64,000 nt of DNA from an uncultured Acidimicrobiales bacterium (GCA_963699085.1 CAVOTH010000002.1:55106-119105), one strand, 5' to 3'; shown: positions 43,218 to 52,879, numbered from the stretch's first letter. Notes: generated by a model from the letters alone, not told the origin. Made by a program: numbers and translations.

Positions 43218-44539
43218 GAGGCCGGAAGCCAGGATCGGCCCATGGCCGGAACCACCCGTCGATCGTTCTGGTTGCGGCGCTCGTCCTGATTGCCGCCGCC
43301 GCGGTCTATGACGCCGTCACCGTGTCAGCGGTGCATCGGGACCAGACGGCGCTCCGTTCGACCGATCGACAACTGGCTCTCGAACGGACGCAACTGTCCA
43401 GAGCCACCACCCGCCAGGCATCGGCAGCGGCGCGGCTCCGGTTGCTCCGACACGATGATGCACTCACCGTGAGCGAGCTCGACTCAACCGACCGGACCAT
43501 TGACACGTTGGTCCAGACCGCAAGCTCGGACTCCGCTGACATCTACTCACTCGACACCTGTCTGTCCGGTGTCTCGGACGCCAGCGCCGGCATCGACGCT
43601 GCCAGTCCGACCGAGGTGCTTACGGCGATCACCGCGGTCTCCTCCACCTGCCTGTCGCTGGACGCCACATCCGCAGGACTCGTCTATCCGTTCAATTTTC
43701 CCGACCCGTCCGTACTGCGAGTCGGCAGCGAGTACTACGCGTTCTCCACCAATGCCGTGGTCGGGAACGTCCAGGTCATCGCTTCGTCGAATCTCACCCT
43801 GTGGACCCCGGTCGGTGACGCCCTTCCCCAACTTCCGAGCTGGGCGGTGGCCGGCAATACCTGGCACCCCGCCGTACTCCGGCGCGGCGGCACCTTCGTG
43901 CTCTACTTCGCCGTCGAGGACGCAGTGAGCGGTCAGGAGTGTGTGTCCGATGCGGTGTCCTCGCAACCACAGGGACCCTACCTCGACTCTTCGACGGCAC
44001 CTCTGGTCTGCCAGGTGAAGGACGGGGGATCGCTGGACCCGAGCCCGTACGTGAGTGCCGACGGTCAGCCGTATCTGGTGTGGAAGTCACAGGGCCTCGA
44101 CGGTCAACCCCCCGCGCTCTGGTCACAGCGGCTGACTACGGCCGGCACCGCCCTGGTGGCCGGACCGCCGTCCGAGTTGCTCGCCCCCGATCAACGGTGG
44201 GAGGCGGGCATCATCGAAGGACCGGACATGCTGGTCACCGGCAGCCACTATCTGCTTCTCTTCGGGGGGAACAACTGGCAGACGGCCCGATACGCCATCG
44301 GAGCCGCCACCTGCCTCGGCCCCCTCGGACCGTGCACGTCGTCGGCCGCCAACCCTGTAGTGGCGTCGGATCAGTCGATGCAGGGACCGGGTGGACCGTC
44401 GCTGTTCACCGACACCCAGGGAAACCTGTGGTTGGCGTTCCACGCCTGGCTTCCGGGTGAGGTCGGGTATCCGAACGGGCGGGCACTGTTCCTCCGTCGG
44501 GTCGTTCTCACGGGAGATGGTCCCTCGGTCCTTCCCTGA
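43214..44539 (+). CDS. TM/coiled-coil N-terminal module fused to a GH43-like five-bladed propeller domain
   Basis: ATGA overlap with the upstream ORF. TM SIVLVAALVLIAAAAVY, a coiled region, a Cys pair (DTCLSGV...AVSSTC), then NFPDPSVLRVGSEYYAFSTN and IIEGPDMLVTGSHYLLLFGG, typical of GH43-type hydrolases. Confidence 0.75.
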   Translation: MRGRKPGSAHGRNHPSIVLVAALVLIAAAAVYDAVTVSAVHRDQTALRSTDRQLALERTQLSRATTRQASAAARLRLLRHDDALTVSELDSTDRTIDTLVQTASSDSADIYSLDTCLSGVSDASAGIDAASPTEVLTAITAVSSTCLSLDATSAGLVYPFNFPDPSVLRVGSEYYAFSTNAVVGNVQVIASSNLTLWTPVGDALPQLPSWAVAGNTWHPAVLRRGGTFVLYFAVEDAVSGQECVSDAVSSQPQGPYLDSSTAPLVCQVKDGGSLDPSPYVSADGQPYLVWKSQGLDGQPPALWSQRLTTAGTALVAGPPSELLAPDQRWEAGIIEGPDMLVTGSHYLLLFGGNNWQTARYAIGAATCLGPLGPCTSSAANPVVASDQSMQGPGGPSLFTDTQGNLWLAFHAWLPGEVGYPNGRALFLRRVVLTGDGPSVLP

Positions 44540-44729
44540 CTCTTCAGGGGTCGAGTTTCGAGTGAGTTCATGGGTCAGATTTCGAATGAATCCGTGGCGG
44601 TTCGCGACATAGAGATGAACTTTGCGGTACGTCGATGTGAACTCACCTCTATCGAGCCGGTCTGGGAGGTCTCCATTGATTCGCATGTGCTAGCTATGGC
44701 CGAAATCGTTCCACGGCCGGAGGTTTTCC

Positions 44730-47700
44730 ATGTTCACTACCAACGCGACGCTTGAGCCACGCCGCATAGCGACCGCCCTGAGCGTTGTCGCTGTCTGTTT
44801 GGCGACAGTCATCGCACCGGTCGCCCTGGAGGGCACTCCGGCGTCGGCGGCGCCTCCGACAAGTGACGGTACGACCTTCGCCGTCGGCACGCCTTCGCTG
44901 GTGAGCATGTCCGACAACGGTTCGCTCCAAGCCCCCTGGGACAACTGGCAGGGTGACAGCGAGGCATCGCCGTGTACCTACAGCCAACTCTTCCCGACCT
45001 ACGACCCGGGCGCCACGGGCTGCCCGACGACGACCGATACCAACGCCGATGTCCTCAACGAGCCGGTCACCAGTCCCAACTTCTCGGTCTATCCGGGAGC
45101 GAGCAGCGGTACCGATGGCGATGCGCCCTATCCTGACGGGTCTGTCGGGACGCCCGGACCCCTTGACGACTACTGCGGCTCAGGCGATGCGGGCGCCGAG
45201 ACCAGTCCGATTTCGACGCCGTCGCGCCAGCCCACCGGTGAGGTACTTCCGATGGCGCCCTACTACTTCCCCCACATCGTGAGGAACGTGGACGGCTCGC
45301 TGACCGGCTACTTCGACTACCGCCCCAAGGACGCCGATGAGGCCATCGTCACCGCGCGTTCCACCGACAACGGCAAGGACTGGACCTACGAGGGCGAAGC
45401 CCTCGAACAGGACCACAGATACTGCCCGAGCGCCGACAACAACGATGACGGCGAAGGCCACCCGAACGTTCTGACGATCGGTTCGAACAGCTACCTGTAC
45501 ACGCTCCAGCGTGCCGGGGGCGACTATCCGGGTGTGGGTCTGATGGTGCACCCGGTCAACCCCAACGCCGCCAACCCGTTGAGCGGAGTGTCGACCACCG
45601 AGCAGGTAGGCACCGACCCCGATTCGCCGGCCACGGCGGCGGCCACCATTATCCACGGCACGGCATCCGTCATCAATGTCGGGGCGACGGACTCGTCATA
45701 CCTGGTCAACGGGGCACCGACCTCACCCGAGGAACTCGTGCCCGGACCCTTCGTCGATCTGACGCAGACGCCGTACGCCACCGCAGCCAACGTCATCACC
45801 TGCACGGGTGTCACGGCCACCTCGCTGACCGGATGCACCACCCCTTCGGGCACGACGATCAACGTGTCCTCCGGCGACCTGATCGAACAGGTGCTGGCCA
45901 AGGTGGTCTCGGTCTCGGGGTCAATGCAGCGCCTTCAGGCCGGCCCCAACACCACCACCGGCGACGGCGGTACCGGTACGCTCACCGTCACACCGACGAG
46001 CACGTTCACATCCTCGATCATCAACGCCAACGCGCCGAACCGCCTGTACACCGCCGACGATGCCGCGGGCCAGACCACCGACCTCGCCATCTACTGCAGC
46101 CAGTCGAACACCAGTGGCACCAAGCTCGAGGACTGCACCACAGGACCCGGTGGAACCCAGTTCGCCACGCTGAGCCCCGTTTCGGCCGATCCCCAGGTCG
46201 GTACCCCGATCCTGTCTGATCCCATCGTTCCCCAGACGGCACAGCAGACGAGCGGCCTCATCTCTCCCGACGGCATCGTGGGTGTTCTCCCCACCTATCC
46301 GGGAGCGCCAACCGGCTCGACGATCGTGATGTACACCGAGAAGGAACTCAACTACTTCGTTACCGGTACAACGACGAACAGCACTGCGGTGGCATTCTCG
46401 TCGAGCACCCCGACCACGATCGCCTTCAACCCCTCGACATACGAGTCGGTCGACCTTCCGGCAACCATCTCGCCCAGCCAGCCCGTCACCTTGGAGATGG
46501 GCGCCACCAACACCGCCGTCGGCGGTACCCCGACCGCTCCCAACGTCGGTTCCATCATCCCGGTGACCTGCACCGGGCTGACCAACGTGAACGGGACCCC
46601 GGGCACCGCGGCTGTGGACTCCTTCGCCGGCTGCACGGTTCCCTCAGCGGACAACGGCATGACCTACAGCCCGACCGCCATGATCGGAACGGCGGCGGCG
46701 GCCACCGTCCCCGAGGCGACACTCGCCCTCACCGGTGAGGGTTCCACCAAGTCCACCGCCGCCGCCAAGCTGTGGAAGAACAACGAGGACCTCGAGATCC
46801 TGCGGGTGGCGTACACCTACGACGGCATTACCTTCTCGTCCACCGGCCTCGCCAATGGCGGCGTCATCAGCGGTGCCAGTAACGGTGACAGCTCGTCGTT
46901 CAATCCGTCGGCTCCGTCGTCCGACAACTACACGGGTTCGCAGTACACAGACCTGACCAATCCTGAGCAGACCACCTCACCTTCCAATCTCAACGCCTAC
47001 GGGGCAGCCGGAACCACCGACGCCTCGGAAATGCGCTGGATCGGCTCCACCGGCACGATCATCACCAACCCCGATGGCTCGATCGGCCTGTTCATCAACG
47101 GTGCCTTCGCCGCCGACGGCGACAGCGATGCCTTCAATCAGGTCTTCTACTCGTCATCGACCGACGGCCAGAACTGGACGCCACCGGTCTCGGTGGTGAG
47201 CACCGACTACACCTTCCAGGCGTCGATCAACCAAGAGGCCAATCCCTCTTCTTCTCTCGGGATCAGCGCGTACTACTCGGGTCGCGCCTACAACCCGACG
47301 GTCGTCCCCAACTCCGACGGCACATTGACCATGCTGTTCTCCGGCTATCGCACGCCGAGCAACGAGACTGCGGGAAGTCCGGGACTCGGTACCGGCTCTT
47401 CGACCTACTCGCCGGGGCCAAACGATCCCAACCTGTATCGAACCATCCTGGAGACCACGCTCACCCCGATCTCCACGTCACCCGGCGGCACCTCCACGAC
47501 CGTGACATCGAATCCGGCGGTTCCTGTGGTGGGCCAATCGGTGAGCTACACGGCCAGTGTCTCCTCGACGGCTTCCGGGACGATCCTGCCCACTGGGACC
47601 GTGACATTTTCCGATGCCAACGGGACCCTGTGCGGCGGTGCCGTCACTCTGAACCCGGCCGACACCGCCACCTGCACCACCACCTTCGATGGCAACGCCG

Positions 47701-50501
47701 TCGCTGCGTCCTACTCGAGTGACGCAAACTATGCCGCGTCCAATGGTTCGCTCGACTTCGCTCCGGGGGCACCTGGCTCGGTGACCGCCTCGCCAGGTAG
47801 TGGCATCGCCGTAGTCGGCTGGTCACCTCCGGCCACTACCGGTGGGTCCAGTGTGACCGGGTACTCCGTTACCGACGGGCAGGGCGACTCCTGTGTGGCG
47901 GGCGGCTCGGCCGATAGTTGCGAGATCGAAGGGCTCGACAACGGCACCAGTTACACCTTCACCGCTACGGCCACAAATGCCGTCGGGACCTCGGTGGCGT
48001 CGACAGGCGTGACCGTCACCCCCGGTGCCACCGAGCAGGCTTTCCCCACATCCGGCACTGTCTCCGTAGCCGGCTCGGATGGCTTCACCGATCAGCTCGA
48101 TACGGTCAACGAGATCAGCCCGATCACCTACGTCACCTCCACGTCGGCACCGGGTATCTCGGTATCGCCGTCCGGCGGCATCTCGGTGACTTCCACGCTC
48201 CCGGCCGGCTCGTATTCCGTAGTGGGCGAAAGTTCCGATGACTATGGGGATTCCGCCCCGTGGAATTACACGCTGACGGTCAACCAGCAGACTCCTTCGA
48301 CGCCGATGATCTCCGACCTTCCCGGCTCCGGCACCTACGGCGGGGACTTCGATGCCACGGTGGCCACCACCGGGGACGGAGCCACGTCGGTCACCACGTC
48401 GACCCCGTCGGTCTGCACGGTGTCGGGTTCTGTCGTGACCTATGTCGGTGAGGGGTCGTGCACCTTGGATGCCCATGTGGCCGCAGGCACGGACTACAGC
48501 GGCGCTGACGGGCCCGACCAGTCGGTGACAGTCACCCAGGCGGACTCCACCACCGCCATCACCTCCACCACCGCCAGTCCGGTGGTGGGCCAGCCGATCA
48601 GCATCGGTGTGAGTGTAGGGGCCGTGGCTCCTGGTGGACCGGCCGTTCCGACCGGCACGGTGACCGTCTCCGACGGACTCCTCAACACCTGCACCGCCAC
48701 TCTGGACGGGTCCGGCAACGGGTCGTGCTCGATCACCGAGCCGATGACCGGACCGACGGCCTTCACCGCCACCTACTCCGGTGACGGTAACTACAACCCG
48801 TCGTCGACGATCGGTGGGACATCGGTAACGGTCAACCCGGAGACTCCGTCGACGCCGATGATCTCTGACCTTCCCGGTTCCGGCACCTACGGCGGGGACT
48901 TCGATGCCACGGTGGCCACCACCGGGGACGGAGCCACGTCGGTCACCACGTCGACCCCGTCGGTCTGCACGGTGTCGGGTTCTGTCGTGACCTATGTCGG
49001 TGAGGGGTCGTGCACCTTGGATGCCCATGTGGCCGCAGGCACGGACTACAGCGGCGCTGACGGGCCCGACCAGTCGGTGACAGTCACCCAGGCGGACTCC
49101 ACCACCGCCATCACCTCCACCACCGCCAGTCCGGTGGTGGGCCAGCCGATCAGCATCGGTGTGAGTGTAGGGGCCGTGGCTCCTGGTGGACCGGCCGTTC
49201 CGACCGGCACGGTGACCGTCTCCGACGGACTCCTCAACACCTGCACCGCCACTCTGGACGGGTCCGGCAACGGGTCGTGCTCGATCACCGAGCCGATGAC
49301 CGGACCGACGGTCTTCACCGCCACCTACTCCGGTGACGGTAACTACAACCCGTCGTCGACCGGCGCCGGGACTTCGGTGACAGTGGGTCCGGGTGACCCC
49401 GGCGTGCCCACCGGAGTCACGGCGGTGCCCGGCAATGGCCAGGCCACCGTGAGCTGGACTGCTCCGAGTGACGACGGCGGCTCACCCATCACCAGCTATT
49501 CGATCGGCGTGACTCCGACGGGCGGACCCACCGTGACCTACGTCGACAGCTCGGGTGTCCTCCATGTCCAGGGCGACTCGGTCCAGACCACCTTCGGGGG
49601 TCTCACCAACGGGGTGTCCTACACATTCACCGTGGCCGCAACCACCACCGGGGGGACCAGTGCCGCTTCCGATGCGTCGGCCGCGGTGGCGCCTTCGGCC
49701 CAAGACGCCTTGGTCACCTCGTCCGACGTTGGTGCGTTCGTTCCGGGCCGGAGCTTCTCCATTCCCTTGACCGCCACGGGCCCCACCGCTCCGACCAAGG
49801 CGTCTGCCGCGTGGTTCTCTGCGGTCGGGCTGCCGGCAGGAGTGACGATCGTCCCCGCTACCGGGAAGAAGGCCGACACAGCAGCCATCGAGGGAACTGC
49901 CCAGTACGCCGGTGGTGCCCTCTCCGTCCTGGTGAGTGCCTCCAACGCCCCGGGGACCGAGACCACCCAGCTCGTCAACATCTACCCGTTGACGTGGACC
50001 TCGCTGCCCACCGCGGTCACCCTCGTAGCCGGTAGCCCGGGTTCATTCACTGGGACCGTTTCCGACCCCGATGCGACGGTCACCCATTCGACGCTGCCCG
50101 CCGGTTGTGTCGCCACCGCCACCGGTTCGATGGCGGTGACCAATTGCCTCCCGACATCGGGACGGGCGAAGCCCTATCCGGTCAAGTTCACCGCCACCGA
50201 CGGGAAGCTGAAGGTCACCGCCACCGTCGAAATCACCATCGACCAGGCACCGGCTCTCACGGCAACCCCATCCTCGGTCACGGTCACCGCCGGCAAAGCG
50301 GTGTCCGTCGCACTGGCGACGACGGGATTTCCGGCGCCGACCGTGACTCTGACCGGGGCGCCGTCGTGGCTGACGGTGACGTCGAAGAAGCTGACAGGTA
50401 CCACGCCGACCGGTGGAGGTTCCTGGACGTTCACGGTGAACGCATCCAACGGGGTGGGCACCGAGGCCAGCCAGACGATCACGATCACGGCGACGACATA
50501 G
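44730..50501 (+). CDS. 1923-aa secreted multidomain protein (Asp-box propeller-like region, Ig-like, FN3 and He_PIG-like domains)
   Basis: GGAGG lies 7 nt upstream of the ATG. Signal peptide ...ALSVVAVCLATVIAPVALEGTPASA. Canonical Asp-box STDNGKDW plus a degenerate STDGQNW. Two FN3 modules (VVGWSPPATTGGSSVTGYSV; ATVSWTAPSDDGGSPITSYSI). Several TATYSGDGNYNPSS Ig-like modules. The ORF is uninterrupted. Confidence 0.9.
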   Translation: MFTTNATLEPRRIATALSVVAVCLATVIAPVALEGTPASAAPPTSDGTTFAVGTPSLVSMSDNGSLQAPWDNWQGDSEASPCTYSQLFPTYDPGATGCPTTTDTNADVLNEPVTSPNFSVYPGASSGTDGDAPYPDGSVGTPGPLDDYCGSGDAGAETSPISTPSRQPTGEVLPMAPYYFPHIVRNVDGSLTGYFDYRPKDADEAIVTARSTDNGKDWTYEGEALEQDHRYCPSADNNDDGEGHPNVLTIGSNSYLYTLQRAGGDYPGVGLMVHPVNPNAANPLSGVSTTEQVGTDPDSPATAAATIIHGTASVINVGATDSSYLVNGAPTSPEELVPGPFVDLTQTPYATAANVITCTGVTATSLTGCTTPSGTTINVSSGDLIEQVLAKVVSVSGSMQRLQAGPNTTTGDGGTGTLTVTPTSTFTSSIINANAPNRLYTADDAAGQTTDLAIYCSQSNTSGTKLEDCTTGPGGTQFATLSPVSADPQVGTPILSDPIVPQTAQQTSGLISPDGIVGVLPTYPGAPTGSTIVMYTEKELNYFVTGTTTNSTAVAFSSSTPTTIAFNPSTYESVDLPATISPSQPVTLEMGATNTAVGGTPTAPNVGSIIPVTCTGLTNVNGTPGTAAVDSFAGCTVPSADNGMTYSPTAMIGTAAAATVPEATLALTGEGSTKSTAAAKLWKNNEDLEILRVAYTYDGITFSSTGLANGGVISGASNGDSSSFNPSAPSSDNYTGSQYTDLTNPEQTTSPSNLNAYGAAGTTDASEMRWIGSTGTIITNPDGSIGLFINGAFAADGDSDAFNQVFYSSSTDGQNWTPPVSVVSTDYTFQASINQEANPSSSLGISAYYSGRAYNPTVVPNSDGTLTMLFSGYRTPSNETAGSPGLGTGSSTYSPGPNDPNLYRTILETTLTPISTSPGGTSTTVTSNPAVPVVGQSVSYTASVSSTASGTILPTGTVTFSDANGTLCGGAVTLNPADTATCTTTFDGNAVAASYSSDANYAASNGSLDFAPGAPGSVTASPGSGIAVVGWSPPATTGGSSVTGYSVTDGQGDSCVAGGSADSCEIEGLDNGTSYTFTATATNAVGTSVASTGVTVTPGATEQAFPTSGTVSVAGSDGFTDQLDTVNEISPITYVTSTSAPGISVSPSGGISVTSTLPAGSYSVVGESSDDYGDSAPWNYTLTVNQQTPSTPMISDLPGSGTYGGDFDATVATTGDGATSVTTSTPSVCTVSGSVVTYVGEGSCTLDAHVAAGTDYSGADGPDQSVTVTQADSTTAITSTTASPVVGQPISIGVSVGAVAPGGPAVPTGTVTVSDGLLNTCTATLDGSGNGSCSITEPMTGPTAFTATYSGDGNYNPSSTIGGTSVTVNPETPSTPMISDLPGSGTYGGDFDATVATTGDGATSVTTSTPSVCTVSGSVVTYVGEGSCTLDAHVAAGTDYSGADGPDQSVTVTQADSTTAITSTTASPVVGQPISIGVSVGAVAPGGPAVPTGTVTVSDGLLNTCTATLDGSGNGSCSITEPMTGPTVFTATYSGDGNYNPSSTGAGTSVTVGPGDPGVPTGVTAVPGNGQATVSWTAPSDDGGSPITSYSIGVTPTGGPTVTYVDSSGVLHVQGDSVQTTFGGLTNGVSYTFTVAATTTGGTSAASDASAAVAPSAQDALVTSSDVGAFVPGRSFSIPLTATGPTAPTKASAAWFSAVGLPAGVTIVPATGKKADTAAIEGTAQYAGGALSVLVSASNAPGTETTQLVNIYPLTWTSLPTAVTLVAGSPGSFTGTVSDPDATVTHSTLPAGCVATATGSMAVTNCLPTSGRAKPYPVKFTATDGKLKVTATVEITIDQAPALTATPSSVTVTAGKAVSVALATTGFPAPTVTLTGAPSWLTVTSKKLTGTTPTGGGSWTFTVNASNGVGTEASQTITITATT
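48279..49382 (+). repeat. in-frame tandem duplication, 2 x 552 bp (184 aa each)
   Basis: Copy 1 is 48279-48830 and copy 2 is 48831-49382. The inner 482 bp (48327-48808 vs 48879-49360) differ at one position (C 48760 vs T 49312, Ala/Val). The edges are more diverged. Antisense ORFs 48494..48772 and 49046..49324 are the same pair. Confidence 0.95.
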
Positions 50502-50521
50502 GGATGGGCGTCTGCCGCCCC

Positions 50522-51220
50522 TCACTTATCGGTGGTGTCCAGCTGGCGCGACTCGGGGTTCATGGCGAAGACGATGGTGGTGGCTAGAACGACCGCCGCT
50601 ACGACAGCCAGCGGCCATGTTGCGCCGGTGTGGAGGTAGAGGGCGGCGCCGGCTATGGCGCCGCCCAACATGGCGGCCACGGCTGAACTCCTCCGGGCAA
50701 ACTTGGGATTGGTACCGCCGGCGAGGGATGAGTCGGCGGCCAATCCCGTCAGCGTCATGGTCAGGACCGTCGTGGTGATGTCCGGCACCGCCAGTCTTCG
50801 GATGGTGGAATTCCGCACGCCCATGGCGAAGGCCAGCACCGCAATGATCGTGTAGCGGGCGGACCCTGAGGTGATGTCGCCTGAATGAAAGGCGGAGACG
50901 ACGGCGGCGCCGCCGGCGAACAGTCCCTCGATGGTCATGGCGATCAGCAGCCAGTGCCGACGCGAGGTGACGTGCGACGTCACCCGGCCGGCGGCGATCG
51001 CACCAGCGAGAAACGACCCGAGGGATGCGAGGCTGGCCGGAATCGAAAATCCCGGCGCTCCTGCCACCGCGAACCCGAGGATGACCACGTTGCCCGTCAT
51101 GTTGGCGGTGAAGACGTGTCCGAGTCCCAGGTAGCTGACGGCATCGACCATGCCACTCACCACGGTGAGGACAGTCAGCGTGACCAACAGCATCGTTGGT
51201 TGCTCCGTGTTGTTGGCCAT
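50522..51220 (-). CDS. YoaK/DUF1275 family membrane protein
   Basis: VVSGMVDAVSYLGLGHVFTANMTGNVVILG motif and six TM segments. Confidence 0.85.
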   Translation of the reverse strand: MANNTEQPTMLLVTLTVLTVVSGMVDAVSYLGLGHVFTANMTGNVVILGFAVAGAPGFSIPASLASLGSFLAGAIAAGRVTSHVTSRRHWLLIAMTIEGLFAGGAAVVSAFHSGDITSGSARYTIIAVLAFAMGVRNSTIRRLAVPDITTTVLTMTLTGLAADSSLAGGTNPKFARRSSAVAAMLGGAIAGAALYLHTGATWPLAVVAAVVLATTIVFAMNPESRQLDTTDK

Positions 51221-51393
51221 ATCGACCTATCCATGGGCTGGCCGCGACGTGGGACCACCCTCACGGTAGCGAGTCTTCACCGCTGTGAGGGAGAACATCC
51301 GATGGGAGGATGTTTTGGTGGCGCGCCCGGTCGCGGTGGAGGAGGATGGATATCGGACGTCCACTGGCGTCATGAAGTTCGGAGGACTCCGAC

Positions 51394-51876
51394 ATGGCTA
51401 TCGTGCGCAATCCTGATGGCAGCCTCCTGGTACCGGTGCAGCCGGAACGGAAGCACCCGACCGATGACGACGCCGCTTCCGGTGCCGGCACCGGCGGCGA
51501 CGCAGAGCTGAGCGACACCGATCCCACGACCCGCCTGCTACACCCGGGTGAGGGCGGCTACGACGAGGCGCTCGCCGAATGGGATCTGGAGCAGAATCCG
51601 GACCGCGAGCCGGTGGTGTCGACGGCCAGCGGGCGACACGAGGCGATGGCCCTCATCCATGCCCTGGCCAGTGCTCCGGACCTTGCCGTGGCCGCGGCGG
51701 TGGGGCGGCTCGACGACCCTGAGGCGTGCGGTGAGGCACTCCGTCACGTTCTCGTCGGTGGGGTCCACTCGGTCGAGGCGTTTTCAGCGGAGGTGGCACA
51801 GGCCGAAGGTGGTGAGCCGCTTCCCGCCCATGAGACCACCAGGATCATCGGTGAGGTTCTGAAGGTGCTCGACTGA
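51394..51876 (+). CDS. hypothetical acidic protein
   Basis: 160-aa ORF with GGAGG 8 nt upstream of the ATG and good third-position bias. I recognise no family. Confidence 0.55.
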   Translation: MAIVRNPDGSLLVPVQPERKHPTDDDAASGAGTGGDAELSDTDPTTRLLHPGEGGYDEALAEWDLEQNPDREPVVSTASGRHEAMALIHALASAPDLAVAAAVGRLDDPEACGEALRHVLVGGVHSVEAFSAEVAQAEGGEPLPAHETTRIIGEVLKVLD

Positions 51877-51957
51877 TCCCCGTCCGTGGTGCGTAGCCGG
51901 TGTGCCCGGCCCTCTGGTTTTCGGGCGACGAGTGCGCCTGAGGTCGGCGTGGACCGA

Positions 51958-52879
51958 CTAGGAGACAGGTGGGGGAGTCCCCTCGGCGCTGGCGGTCAGG
52001 GCAGGATCCCAGTTGCAGACGTTGCACGCGTGGAGAAACACCGAATGGGCGAACTGGAGGGCGGTCGCACGCGGGTCGGTGCTTTGGCGGACATCGTTCC
52101 AGGGGAGGATGTATTCGCCGAGGTCGCCGTCCCAGCGTGCGGCATCGGGAGAGATCGTGGCTCCGGCGAAACCAGCCGGTGCGGGGTGGGCGTATGCGTA
52201 GAACGCCGCCTCGGGGGTTTTCCGGTCGCCCGGCCACCAACCGATCGCCACCTCCTGCGCGTCCATCGCATTGCGCATGATGAAATCGTCCGACGGTGGT
52301 TCCGCCGCGACACCGGAGAACAGGCTCACCGCCAGATCGAACGATCCCCACCAGGCATTGACCGGAGTCGAGCGTCCCCGGAAGGGCGCACGGAACGTGG
52401 CCAGGATGAGTGCGGCCTGGGTGGCGGCGGCAAAGTAGGCGGCGACGGCGTCGGGGTCGTAACGGGCGTGCTCGTCATCGACATCGAGGGCGACGGTCCA
52501 GGGGACCTCTTGGGGAGTGGCGCTGATCTCCACCGGTCCGACCAGGCCCTCGACCGTGGCCAGGATCTCGCCGCGTGACCGAGCCCACCGATCGGTCGGG
52601 GACGAGCGAGACCCGTCCGACACCGCCGTCGCTGGCTTCGACCACCGCCTCGTGGAGCCGCAGGTCGAGGACCACCACGAATGCTCCCGATCCATCCGGA
52701 GCCGGCAGAGGCGCGGTTTCCCATCCTCTGGGTGTCAGCCGGAGGGCCGCATGTTGAAGCTGTGGCTCGGGAGGCGCCAGTGCCACCGCCAGCTTGCCGA
52801 GCAACTGGGTGTGGCCGTGGAGGGTGTCACAGGTGCTGCCCCACCTGTCGTAGGAGACGGCCGGCCACTCACTGGGCAT
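51958..52879 (-). pseudogene. DUF5996 family protein, frameshifted
   Basis: The N-terminal WPAVSYDRWGSTCDTLHGHTQLLGKLAVALAP...LVPDRSVG (ORF 52475..52879) continues in another frame as GEILATVEGLVGPVEISATPQEVP...WWGSFDLAVSLFSG...FYAYAHPAPAGF...LGEYILPW (ORF 51958..52695). The junction is near 52575-52590. Confidence 0.8.

Noticed and set aside
44570-44755. A 61-aa ORF overlapping the start of the giant gene.
   Set aside because: It lies in the A/T-richer leader, has poor codon bias, and runs into the giant gene's signal peptide in another frame.
48279-49382. The 552-bp repeat as a mobile element or IS remnant.
   Set aside because: Both copies are in frame and encode Ig-like domains continuous with the flanking protein. 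There are no terminal inverted repeats or transposase.
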